From Thermoplasmata archaeon (GTDB lineage: Archaea; Thermoplasmatota; Thermoplasmata; Lutacidiplasmatales; UBA184): 64,000 nucleotides of DNA. Both the position numbers and the translations under genes were made by a program. The stretch lies in assembly GCA_050013595.1 (NCBI GenBank), contig JBEKEY010000001.1, positions 10,044-74,043 of the forward strand. Reading direction: 5' to 3'. Of the stretch, positions 8,426-17,069 are shown one piece after another (position 1 is the first letter of the stretch; every line of letters begins with the position of its first letter). Under the pieces are notes generated by a model, which was not told the DNA's origin, did not search any database, and saw only the letters and a list, made by a program, of their open reading frames with translations.

Positions 8426-10116
8426 CGGCACCGACAAGCCCCCCGGCTCCGGTCGAGGCTCCTACGTGGTGGCGAGTCGGACGAAGCTACCGCGCTCCGC
8501 TCTTCATCCGACAGTTTCCGCCGGAAGTCCCCTTCGGGTTCCTCGGTCGGATCTTGCCGACGAGCGAGACCCTGGAGCTGTCGGTCGAGGCTCACCGGAT
8601 CCCTTCTTCGAACGCCCTCGAAATGCTGCACGGGGCGCGAGCCGTCGCGGAGGCGGAGCTCGCCAGCGGCGGGAACGGGGGACAGACCGCTGAGCTCGAG
8701 GTCGAGCGTGCAAGCGCGGAGGACTTAGGTCATGCCATCGCCCGGCGAACTCAGGAGCTATGGAAGGTGGGTATCCGCTTCGTTGCCTTGGGTCCCACTC
8801 GACCCCACGTCGAGGCGAAGAGGACGCGGCTTTCCGAGCGACTCTCGGCCATCGGATTCCGGTTGCGGATACCTCGGTACGAGGTTCGAGAAGCGCTTCT
8901 CCCGGCGGATCTCTCTGCGTCCGAACCCCGCCCCGACGGGTACTGGCATACGTTGCCCACCGACGGACTCGCCGCCCTCTTCCCGTTCGGGGACGAGACG
9001 CTCTTGGAATCCGGAGGCGTTCTGCTCGGACTCGCGCTTTCCGACGCGAGCCCGGTGTTCGTCGATCGGTGGTCGCACGCGAGCCACTCCTGGGGGATCT
9101 TCGGGACCACGGGTGCCGGCAAATCGTTCGCCGCGGCGTTGACCCTCCTACGGACTCGCTGGCAACGACCCGAAGTGTCGATCGCCATCCTGGACCCGCT
9201 CGGGGAGTATTCCGCCCTAGTCGAGGCCCTGGGAGGCTCTGTCATCCGAGTCGCGGACGGGGCCGGCGGCCGGCTCAACCCGCTCGATCCCGTGACCACC
9301 CGTGGGGATCGACGGGAGAAAGCGGCACGGGTCGGAACGATGCTACGCGCCCTCTTTCCGAGCCTTCGCGACGAGGAGGCGGCCGAACTGGATGCGGCCG
9401 TGACACAGCTCTACGACCGGGGTCCCGAGGTGCCGACCTTTCGTGACCTACGAGAAAGGGTGGTCCAACGGACCGGGGCGTCGACTCGACTATCCACCTT
9501 GCTCGAGGTGTTCCAATCGGGCTCCCTCAGGGCTCTCGACGGATTGACGACCGCCCGACCCACCGAGAGGGTCGTATCGGTCGATTTCGAAGGGGTCCCC
9601 GATGACCAGTTGCCGTTCCACCTCACCTACGTCCTCGATTGGGCCTACGGACGACTCGCCGACCGCCAGGGCGGAAAGCTGCTCTTGATCGACGAGGCAC
9701 ACCTTCTCGCGCGCCACGCAGCCACCGAAGAGTTCCTCGACCGTGTCGTGCGCCACGTTCGACACTTCGAGGCAGGTCTGCTGATCCTATCTCAGAGCCC
9801 GGAGGACTTCCTGGTTCGCCCGGCCGGTCGGTCCCTTCTGAGGAATCTATACGCTACCGGGTTCCTGCGTCTGCCCGAAGTATCCTCGGAGGCTCGTGCG
9901 TTCTTTGCCCTCACGGGCGCGGAAGCCGAATGGCTCCCTCGGGCCCGTCTTCCGCGGGAGACCGGCTACTCCGAATCGCTCTGGCGCTTCGGGGAACTTC
10001 ATCTTCCGCTTGCCATCGTCGCGTCGACCCCCGAGTACGAATTCCTCGGAGCGACATTGGGCCGTCACCGAGCGGCCGCAGACGAATTGAGTGCCGCTCC
10101 AAAGCGAGGTTTATAG
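8422..10116 (+). CDS. VirB4/TrbE/CagE/CedB-family transfer ATPase
   Basis: 564 aa. Walker A is GIFGTTGAGKSFAA and Walker B is KLLLIDEAHLLA. Overall layout resembles VirB4-like ATPases. It is translationally coupled to the upstream membrane genes. Confidence 0.85.
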   Translation: MTAPTSPPAPVEAPTWWRVGRSYRAPLFIRQFPPEVPFGFLGRILPTSETLELSVEAHRIPSSNALEMLHGARAVAEAELASGGNGGQTAELEVERASAEDLGHAIARRTQELWKVGIRFVALGPTRPHVEAKRTRLSERLSAIGFRLRIPRYEVREALLPADLSASEPRPDGYWHTLPTDGLAALFPFGDETLLESGGVLLGLALSDASPVFVDRWSHASHSWGIFGTTGAGKSFAAALTLLRTRWQRPEVSIAILDPLGEYSALVEALGGSVIRVADGAGGRLNPLDPVTTRGDRREKAARVGTMLRALFPSLRDEEAAELDAAVTQLYDRGPEVPTFRDLRERVVQRTGASTRLSTLLEVFQSGSLRALDGLTTARPTERVVSVDFEGVPDDQLPFHLTYVLDWAYGRLADRQGGKLLLIDEAHLLARHAATEEFLDRVVRHVRHFEAGLLILSQSPEDFLVRPAGRSLLRNLYATGFLRLPEVSSEARAFFALTGAEAEWLPRARLPRETGYSESLWRFGELHLPLAIVASTPEYEFLGATLGRHRAAADELSAAPKRGL

Positions 10117-10140
10117 GGGCCTGAGAGCCGGACGAGGGAC

Positions 10141-10638
10141 GTGGGCGCGGAGGCGACAGCTGATGGTCCGCCCCGCCGCCGAACGAGCTGGAGCCTGAAG
10201 ACGATCGTCGAGGACGTCGCCGGTCGACCGATCGGCGAGCTTCAGGACCCCGCACGACCGGTTCATCCGTATCTCAAGGGCAGGGACATTGGAATTCGGG
10301 GCGAATCGCCCGCTCCCCCACGGCCGTTGGTTGAGGCGTACGACCCGGTCGATCATCTGTATCCTCCCCTAATCGGCTCGGCCGCCCGCGCATTCCACGG
10401 ACCGGATCACGAGAACCACGCCGAAACCCTCGACCGGCACCGTCCACTCCCCGGCCACATTCCGGGGCCATCCCACCGACCGGAGCGGCTCTACCTGCAT
10501 TACTTGCTGCTGCACATGGACCGGTTGAGCGGGTCGGCGCTACGCTATCTCAAGCTCGCCGTCGACGAGGAACTCGCCCACCGCGCCGAGCCCCCGCCCT
10601 TGCCCTCCGAGAGCTCACATTCCAAGCCACCCTCCTGA
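10141..10638 (+). CDS. hypothetical protein (weak)
   Basis: 165-aa ORF with high GC3 and no recognisable domain. Alternative antisense ORFs exist, so the strand call is uncertain. Confidence 0.25.
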   Translation: MGAEATADGPPRRRTSWSLKTIVEDVAGRPIGELQDPARPVHPYLKGRDIGIRGESPAPPRPLVEAYDPVDHLYPPLIGSAARAFHGPDHENHAETLDRHRPLPGHIPGPSHRPERLYLHYLLLHMDRLSGSALRYLKLAVDEELAHRAEPPPLPSESSHSKPPS

Positions 10639-10725
10639 ACCCCTGCGCCCCATCGGGATGTCCCCCTTCGACGGCTGAACGGACTGCTCGGAAGAGCCCC
10701 ACTTTTCGGTTTGGCCCGTCGTCGA

Positions 10726-10747
10726 AAACTTACGCCGGCGTAAGTTT
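10726..10747. promoter_or_regulatory. perfect 22-bp palindrome AAACTTACGCCGGCGTAAGTTT overlapping a TATA-like box (TTTAATAG), putative TA operator/promoter
   Basis: Seen directly in sequence. It lies 40 bp upstream of the MNT start in a local AT-rich patch. Confidence 0.6.
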
Positions 10748-10786
10748 AATAGGCGTCCCGCCTGTGAATCTGAACAGAACACCACC

Positions 10787-11224
10787 ATGCAGCATGTCAC
10801 GATCCCCCGAATTCACTGCTACCGTTGCGTCTACACGTGGACGCCGGTCAAGACGCCGGTCCGCATGTGCCCCCGTTGCAAGTCGACGTTGTGGGACGTT
10901 CCCAAGATCCGACCCGTGAAGTTCGGGGACGGTCTCGGAATCGAGGAGATTCTCACGCCCCACCTCGACGAGATCCGGCGGCTCGCGAGGAAGCACGGCG
11001 CGGAGCGAATCATGGTGTTCGGGTCGGTGCGCCGGCGAGAAGCTACCGAGAAGAGCGATGTCGACCTGATGGTCCGATGGAAGCGGCCGGTATCTTTGCT
11101 CGACCGTGCCGGGCTCCGGACCGATCTCGAGAAGGCCCTAGGCCGTTCCGTGGACCTCGTTAACGAGGGAGGGCTTCACTGGGCAATCCAACCGCAAATC
11201 GAGGCGGAGGCGGTGTTACTCTGA
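10787..11224 (+). CDS. mntA: minimal nucleotidyltransferase (MNT) with N-terminal zinc ribbon, putative antitoxin/AMPylase of HEPN-MNT module
   Basis: N-terminal CYRC...CPRC pair. Carries the GS-x(n)-DxD motif (GSVRRREATEKSDVDLMV) of the pol-beta NTase superfamily. Confidence 0.8.
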   Translation: MQHVTIPRIHCYRCVYTWTPVKTPVRMCPRCKSTLWDVPKIRPVKFGDGLGIEEILTPHLDEIRRLARKHGAERIMVFGSVRRREATEKSDVDLMVRWKRPVSLLDRAGLRTDLEKALGRSVDLVNEGGLHWAIQPQIEAEAVLL

Positions 11225-11253
11225 AAGACAGTGAGCATCGGGATCGCTTTCTC

Positions 11254-11574
11254 GTGGATGAGATGCTCCGCCATCTGGAGGTCCTTGCCTCCGTCGTCCG
11301 CAATGGGAAGGCCGCCCTGAGCTCGGACGCCCTGAATCGGTATGCCGGGGAACACGCTACGGAGTTGCTCGCCGAGGCCGCAGAGAAGACCAGTCACGCA
11401 TTCAAGACCGCCAATCCAGGGATGCCCTGGGACCGACTTCACCCGCTCCGTCACGACGTCGCGCACCCGTACGACCTCGGCGCGGAACCGGTTAACATCA
11501 ACCAACTTTGGGTGTTCGCGACGAAGGACGCCCCGCGGATTTCCCGACGTCTTAGGGACGCCAGGTTCCCATAG
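11254..11574 (+). CDS. hepT: HepT/DUF86 HEPN-domain toxin-like protein
   Basis: R-x4-H-x-Y motif (LRHDVAHPY) in the expected C-terminal position. It lies 30 bp downstream of the MNT gene. GTG start as reported by the ORF track. Confidence 0.75.
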   Translation: MDEMLRHLEVLASVVRNGKAALSSDALNRYAGEHATELLAEAAEKTSHAFKTANPGMPWDRLHPLRHDVAHPYDLGAEPVNINQLWVFATKDAPRISRRLRDARFP

Positions 11575-11610
11575 CACGGTAGCCTGTCCCGCGAGGGCCG
11601 AATCCCAGCG

Positions 11611-12438
11611 CTAGCCGATTCTACGACAGCGCCGGGCCCGAGCGCTCGACTCGAGGGCACGGTAGGCCCCGGCGTCCCATTCGACACCGATCGCGTTCCG
11701 GCCCGAACGGGTCGCCGCCCAGAGGGTGGTACCGGTTCCGGCAAACGGATCGAGGACCGTGTCTCCCAGAACCGAGAACATCCGGATTAGGCGTTCGGCC
11801 AGCTCGGGCGGAAAGGCGCCGCTCCGTCCGCCGGGGGAGTCCTGCCGTGCCCCCCGGATGTCGGTCCAGACCTGGCTGAACCAGCGGTCCCGCTCCGTGC
11901 GGGAGAACCGGCTTTCGAGGCGGGTCTTGTCATGGGTCGGGAACCGTCGGAGTTTCCCCTTCCGGAAGAGTAGGATGAACTCGCAATCGAGCGTGACGTA
12001 GGCGTTGGGCGGAAGGAACCCCGACCCGAGGAACGCGTTGGGGCGGTTGGTCGGTTTCTTCCAGAGAATGTAAGGAAGGGGGATGAGTCCGAGGCGCGCA
12101 ACGGATACGAGCGTCTCCGACGGGTTGGGCCAGAGTCGAAACTCCCCGCCCGCCGAGCGGAGAGCGTCGCCAATATTGATTGCCAGGATTCCGCCGTCCA
12201 CGAGGACACGCTGGCACTCGGTCCAGGCGTCGGTAAGGATCCGCAACATCCCGTCGTAGTCGGTCGCTCCCAGGGATCGAAAGAGCCCGTCCCACTGCGG
12301 GATCATCGGGTACGGAGGCGAAGTCACCACCAGATGGACCGATTCGCTCGCGATCCCGTCCAGCCGGCGCGCGTCGCCGTGGAGCAGCCGAACGGACCCC
12401 CGGGTCGGGTGCCGCACGGCGGACCGATGCCCTGGCAC
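11611..12438 (-). CDS. DNA methyltransferase (beta-class N4-cytosine or N6-adenine), orphan
   Basis: Motif IV SPPY (VVTSPPYPM) precedes motif I DPFAGTGTT, which is the beta-class order. The likely start is GTG 12438 (alternatives up to 12480). The remainder of the listed 692-aa ORF is antisense to the HPS gene. Confidence 0.8.
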   Translation of the reverse strand: MPGHRSAVRHPTRGSVRLLHGDARRLDGIASESVHLVVTSPPYPMIPQWDGLFRSLGATDYDGMLRILTDAWTECQRVLVDGGILAINIGDALRSAGGEFRLWPNPSETLVSVARLGLIPLPYILWKKPTNRPNAFLGSGFLPPNAYVTLDCEFILLFRKGKLRRFPTHDKTRLESRFSRTERDRWFSQVWTDIRGARQDSPGGRSGAFPPELAERLIRMFSVLGDTVLDPFAGTGTTLWAATRSGRNAIGVEWDAGAYRALESSARARRCRRIG

Positions 12439-12468
12439 GATTAATACGGCCCGCCCTCTCGTCGGGTC

Positions 12469-13773
12469 ATGCGGCTCGACCGACCGGTCCTCCAGGTCGC
12501 GCTCGACTTCGAGAACCTCTCCCGTGCCCTCCTCGCGGCGCGCGAGGCGGTCGAAGGGGGAGCGGACTGGGTCGAGGCGGGAACCCCCCTCATCAAGAGC
12601 GAGGGCCTGGACGCCGTCCGCGAGCTCAAGAAGAACTTCCCTACCCACCGGATCGTGGCCGACCTCAAGGTGATGGACACCGGCGCGTTCGAGGTCGAGA
12701 TCGCCGCGAAGGCGGGAGCCGATATCGTCACGGTCCTGGGGGCCGCGGATGACGACACGATCGCCGAAGCGGTCCGGGGCGGGGAACTGTACGGCGCCGA
12801 GATCATGGTCGACCTCCTCGGGGTTGCCGACCCGGTAGCACGTACGAAGCGGGCCGCCGAGTTGGGCGCGGCCGCGGTCTGCTGGCACGTCGGGATCGAC
12901 ATGCAGATGGCCGGCAAGACGCCTTTCGCTGTACTTGGCGAGCTCGCGAAGTCCTCGCCGATCCCGGTCGCGGTGGCCGGGGGCCTCACGAGCGAGACGG
13001 TCGCAGAGGCCGTCCGCTCGGGCGCTCGAATCCTCATCGTGGGAGGAGCGATCACGAAGAGCCCGAAGATGGTGGAAGCGACCCAGCGCATCTGCGAGGC
13101 CATCCGGACCCAAAAGGAGGTCGCCTCCGAGCATTTCCGACGGTACAGCGGCGAGGACCTCCGTGTCGCTTTCCTGAAGGTCTCGAGTCCGAACGTTACG
13201 GATGCGATGATGCGGCAGGGAGCGATGCACGGTCTTCTTCCCCACCTCAAGAACCCGACCGTACGAATGGTCGGTCCGGCCGTGACCGTGGTCACCCGCG
13301 ACGGGGACTGGGCGAAGCCCGTCGAGGCGATCGACCGAGCCGGTCCCGGCGATGTCATCGTGGTCGATGCGGGGGGCGCGACGACCGCCGTCTGGGGCGA
13401 GCTCGCGAGCTGGTCGGCGCACGGTCGTCAGATCGCTGGCGTCGTTGTCGACGGAGCAGTACGCGACCTCGATACGATCCTCGACATGGGCTTCCCGGCG
13501 TTCAGCCGGTCGGTGAGCCCGAACGCCGGCGAACCGAAGGGTCACGGGGAGATCGGCGTGGAAGTGACGGTCGGGGGCCAGCGGGTCCGTCCGGGGGACT
13601 GGATCGTGGGAGATGTGAGCGGTGTGGTGGTGGTTCCCCGTGAGCGGGCACAGGAGATCGCGAACCGCGCTCTCGACGTACTCGAGCACGAGAATCGGGT
13701 TCGCGAGGAGATCCAGCGAGGCTCGACTCTCAGCGCCGTTCAGAAGCTCGAACGTTGGGAACGGGTCGGGTAG
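12469..13773 (+). CDS. hxlA: 3-hexulose-6-phosphate synthase fused to RraA/MenG-like (class II aldolase-like) domain
   Basis: N-terminal ~210 aa are HPS/OMPDC-fold (PVLQVALDF...VAGGLT). C-terminal ~220 aa are RraA-like (GDVIVVDAGG...VVVDGAVRD). Confidence 0.85.
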   Translation: MRLDRPVLQVALDFENLSRALLAAREAVEGGADWVEAGTPLIKSEGLDAVRELKKNFPTHRIVADLKVMDTGAFEVEIAAKAGADIVTVLGAADDDTIAEAVRGGELYGAEIMVDLLGVADPVARTKRAAELGAAAVCWHVGIDMQMAGKTPFAVLGELAKSSPIPVAVAGGLTSETVAEAVRSGARILIVGGAITKSPKMVEATQRICEAIRTQKEVASEHFRRYSGEDLRVAFLKVSSPNVTDAMMRQGAMHGLLPHLKNPTVRMVGPAVTVVTRDGDWAKPVEAIDRAGPGDVIVVDAGGATTAVWGELASWSAHGRQIAGVVVDGAVRDLDTILDMGFPAFSRSVSPNAGEPKGHGEIGVEVTVGGQRVRPGDWIVGDVSGVVVVPRERAQEIANRALDVLEHENRVREEIQRGSTLSAVQKLERWERVG

Positions 13774-13805
13774 CTATCGGTTGTTGGCCCCGAGAGGGAC
13801 CCCCC

Positions 13806-14603
13806 CTAGGGTGCGTTCAACGCCTTCAGGACCTGGGACTGGGCCCAGAGAGAGTTCTCCCGTGAACGAGTTCTCGCCTGCTGGTGCCGGTGGGGTCCCT
13901 CCCATTTCAGGGTCCAGGAGAACGGATACTCGACTTCCCAGAGCACGAGGCCCTCGGCCTCCGCCATGGGCAACGCCAGGCGGGTTTGGCCCTTCAGTGC
14001 CGCCTCGAGCTTTGCGAGGGTCACACGTCCGTCATCATATTCTCGGAGCGCCGCGACGATCTTGCGGACCATCCCCCACACGAACGAGGGGGCGCGAATC
14101 TCCACTACGAGACCGGCGTCCGCCGCGATGACGGTGACCGATTCCACCGACCTTACGGCGGGCGTTCCTGCCGGAAGACCGCGCCCGAAGGACCGGACGT
14201 CGATCGGCCCCGAGAAGAGTCGAGCCGCCCGCTCCCACCGTTTGGGATCGTGCGCTCCCAGGGGTTCGAAGTAGCGATAGGTCCGTCGCAAGGCCCGTCG
14301 CACTCGAAACTCCTCCGCGACCGGGGTCGCGGCCGAGAAGGTCAGTTCTGTGGAGATGCCGTTGAGGGAGCGCAGTAGGACATCGCTCGCCAACTCCGTC
14401 GACAGCACCAGAGCGTTCGCTCGCGCGCTCACCCCTCGGTCGGTCCGGCTGGCTACCGCGAGACCCGCTGCTTCGGCGGTCGGAACCACCCCGACTCGGA
14501 CCAAGCCGCGAAGAAGCTCGCCTTCGACGGTCCGGAGCCCGGGTTGGCGGGCCCAACCGGCGAACGGACGGCCGTCGTAGCCGAATCGAACGAGCCAGCG
14601 CAT
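13806..14603 (-). CDS. truA: tRNA pseudouridine(38-40) synthase
   Basis: RTDRGVSA catalytic motif and TruA-like length and architecture. Confidence 0.85.
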   Translation of the reverse strand: MRWLVRFGYDGRPFAGWARQPGLRTVEGELLRGLVRVGVVPTAEAAGLAVASRTDRGVSARANALVLSTELASDVLLRSLNGISTELTFSAATPVAEEFRVRRALRRTYRYFEPLGAHDPKRWERAARLFSGPIDVRSFGRGLPAGTPAVRSVESVTVIAADAGLVVEIRAPSFVWGMVRKIVAALREYDDGRVTLAKLEAALKGQTRLALPMAEAEGLVLWEVEYPFSWTLKWEGPHRHQQARTRSRENSLWAQSQVLKALNAP

Positions 14604-14661
14604 CTGCGATCTTCCCTCGACCCAACCGATGGTCGAAGCCGCCGGAGCGAAGAAAGTTGCT

Positions 14662-14706
14662 TGACAACCGCTGTCAGATAGACCACTATTGTCACCTATA
14701 TATTCT
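14662..14706. promoter_or_regulatory. inverted repeat TGACA-N5-TGTCA plus repeated TGTCAC and TATA-like box upstream of pst operon
   Basis: Seen in sequence in an AT-rich intergenic stretch between truA and pstS. Function is inferred. Confidence 0.35.
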
Positions 14707-14846
14707 ACGGCAGATTAGTATAAGTCACTAGTAAAGTTAGTTCGGTTGATGTCGACCGGGACGGGGGTTGCGCCGCCGAACGGGCTCTCCCTCGACGGAC
14801 GACGATACCCGAACGAGTCCGTAAACACAGGAACGGCAGGAGAACA

Positions 14847-16058
14847 ATGAGTAGCAACCAGGCAGGAATGATTTCGCCAGCACCGAGCCAATCGGACACG
14901 ACGATTCAGCGCAAGAAAGGTGGTCGCGGTACCATGATCGCGGTAGTCGCAGTCGTGGTCGTGGTCATCCTCATCTTGGTCGTGGGGTACTCCGCGGGGT
15001 GGTTCAACAGCCCCACTAAGTCGACCTCCACAACCTGCTCCTCGGGAGCGACGCTGAACGGAGCCGGGTCGACGTTGGTCGCGCCGTTGATGGTCGCCTG
15101 GTCTCTCGCCTACACCGCGAGCACCGTGAACTACGCGAGCGTCGGTAGCGGCGCCGGTATCACGGACATCACGTCGAAGACCGTCGACTACGGTGCCTCG
15201 GATGCTCCGTTGAACCCCGCGCAGCGGACGGCAATTCCCTCCCCCGGAGTGGTCACGATCCCGGAATCGGTCGGTGGCGTCGTCCCCATCTATAATCTGC
15301 CCACCGGGGGAGCCGCGTTGAAGTTCACGGGCGAGATCCTCGCCGCGATCTACCTCGGAGACATCACCAACTGGAACAATACCGCGCTCCAGACGGTAAA
15401 TCCGGGAGTTACACTCCCGAACGCCGCGATCGTGGTCGTCCACCGGTCGGACGGGAGCGGCACGACCTTCGTCTGGTCGAGCTTCCTCTCGAAGTCCAAC
15501 AGCACCTGGAGCACCACCCTCGGCCACGCCACGACCATCAACTGGCCGGTCGGTGTCGGGTCCAAGGGGAACTCGGGCGTGACGACGACCGTGAAGAGCA
15601 CCACGGATTCCATCGGGTACGTCGATATCAACTACGCACTGACGAACAGTGTCGCATACGGGTCGGTCCAGAATCCGACGGGCAACTACATCGTGGCCAA
15701 CGAAACGAACATCGCGTCGGCGGTCAAAGACTCGAACCCGGTGTTCCCCGCGGCCACGGGCGACTGGTACAACTTCTCGGTGCTGAACGCCCCGGGCGCG
15801 CTTGACTACCCAATCGCGACATTCACCTATGTGTTCGTGTATACGGACCTCGGTGTGGCCTACGGCTCCGCGATGTCGAAGAACACGGCCCAGAACCTGG
15901 TGGACTTCCTGGCCTGGATGGTCAGCCCCGTGGGACAGTCGTACGCTCCTGGGCTCTACTACATCCAGCTCTCGGCCGCGGCGTCGGCGTCTGACCTGGC
16001 CACCATCAACTCGATTACGTACAACGGGGCCCAGCTCACGGTCTGCGTGCCGAGTTAA
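14847..16058 (+). CDS. pstS: phosphate ABC transporter substrate-binding protein
   Basis: PstS-family sequence with an N-terminal TM/signal anchor. Many N-glycosylation sequons. Confidence 0.9.
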   Translation: MSSNQAGMISPAPSQSDTTIQRKKGGRGTMIAVVAVVVVVILILVVGYSAGWFNSPTKSTSTTCSSGATLNGAGSTLVAPLMVAWSLAYTASTVNYASVGSGAGITDITSKTVDYGASDAPLNPAQRTAIPSPGVVTIPESVGGVVPIYNLPTGGAALKFTGEILAAIYLGDITNWNNTALQTVNPGVTLPNAAIVVVHRSDGSGTTFVWSSFLSKSNSTWSTTLGHATTINWPVGVGSKGNSGVTTTVKSTTDSIGYVDINYALTNSVAYGSVQNPTGNYIVANETNIASAVKDSNPVFPAATGDWYNFSVLNAPGALDYPIATFTYVFVYTDLGVAYGSAMSKNTAQNLVDFLAWMVSPVGQSYAPGLYYIQLSAAASASDLATINSITYNGAQLTVCVPS

Positions 16059-16097
16059 CGGAGAGCAGTTCACAACCCGTGCCCGGGATATCGGGAA

Positions 16098-17069
16098 ATG
16101 ACTGAGCCAACCCCTTCCACCCCATCCCCGTCGCGCATGCCCCCGCGGGTCTCGAAGTTGGGGGATCGCATCTTTCTGGTCCTGACCATCATCGCGACCG
16201 CCGCGATCGTCGTGTTGATGGTCGCACTGTTTATTGTCCTGATCTACGGTTCGAGGGCGGCTATCCAGACGATCGGCTGGTCGTTTCTCTACACCAAGGT
16301 CTGGAACCCGGAAGGGAACGTATACGGAATCCTACCGTTCCTCTTCGGGACCCTTGTCACGAGCGCCATCGCCCTCGTGATCGCCATCCCGCTCGGGTTG
16401 GGAGCGGCCATCTTCCTGACGCAACAGGCGCCTGCGTGGCTAAGGGCGCCGGTCGGGCAGCTAATCGAACTGCTGGCTGCGATTCCGTCGATCATCTACG
16501 GGTTCTGGGGGCTCATCGTCCTCGTGCCAATTATGCAAACAGTGATCAATCCCTGGCTTGCCAATTACCTCGGCTGGACGGGCTTGTTCCCGAAGGGGGC
16601 CATCGGACTCAATCTGTTGACGGCGAGTCTGGTTCTTTCCGTCATGGCGATCCCGACGATCACGGCGATTAGCCGGGACTCGATCGCCGCCGTTCCTCGA
16701 AGCCAGAAGGAGGCAGCGCTCGCCATCGGTGGGACCGAATGGGAGGTCACGAGGCATGCCGTACTTCCCTACGCGCGCAGCGGCATCATCGCGGGCATCG
16801 TTCTCGGGCTGGGTCGCGCGCTCGGAGAGACGATGGCGGTCACGCTGACGATCGGAAACAGCAACACATTCCCGACCTCTCTCCTCTCCCAGGGGCAGAC
16901 GATCTCAAGCCTCATCGCGAACGATTTTTTTGAACAGGGGAGCCAGCTCGAGATCCCGGCACTCCTCGAGGCTGCCCTGATCCTCCTTGTAATCACCCTC
17001 TCCATCAACCTCGGCGCCCGAGTCATCCTCCTCCGTTTCCAGGCCGGCCGAGGAGTGGGGGCCGAATGA
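16098..17069 (+). CDS. pstC: phosphate ABC transporter permease
   Basis: PstC-like polytopic permease carrying the EAA-type motif. Confidence 0.9.
   Translation: MTEPTPSTPSPSRMPPRVSKLGDRIFLVLTIIATAAIVVLMVALFIVLIYGSRAAIQTIGWSFLYTKVWNPEGNVYGILPFLFGTLVTSAIALVIAIPLGLGAAIFLTQQAPAWLRAPVGQLIELLAAIPSIIYGFWGLIVLVPIMQTVINPWLANYLGWTGLFPKGAIGLNLLTASLVLSVMAIPTITAISRDSIAAVPRSQKEAALAIGGTEWEVTRHAVLPYARSGIIAGIVLGLGRALGETMAVTLTIGNSNTFPTSLLSQGQTISSLIANDFFEQGSQLEIPALLEAALILLVITLSINLGARVILLRFQAGRGVGAE

Noticed and set aside
10111-10356. 81-aa minus-strand ORF downstream of the VirB4-like gene
   Set aside because: It competes with the plus-strand 10141-10638 ORF. Neither has homology support. Only the longer plus-strand ORF was kept, at low confidence.
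12481-13689. Upstream 400-aa extension of the methyltransferase ORF (11611-13689)
   Set aside because: The extension is antisense to the HPS-RraA gene and contains no methyltransferase motifs. The methyltransferase start was placed at 12438 (GTG) to 12480.
14715-16073. 452-aa ORF on the minus strand
   Set aside because: Antisense to pstS, which has clear family identity. The product is Arg/Gly/Asp-rich low-complexity sequence, a typical high-GC antisense artefact.
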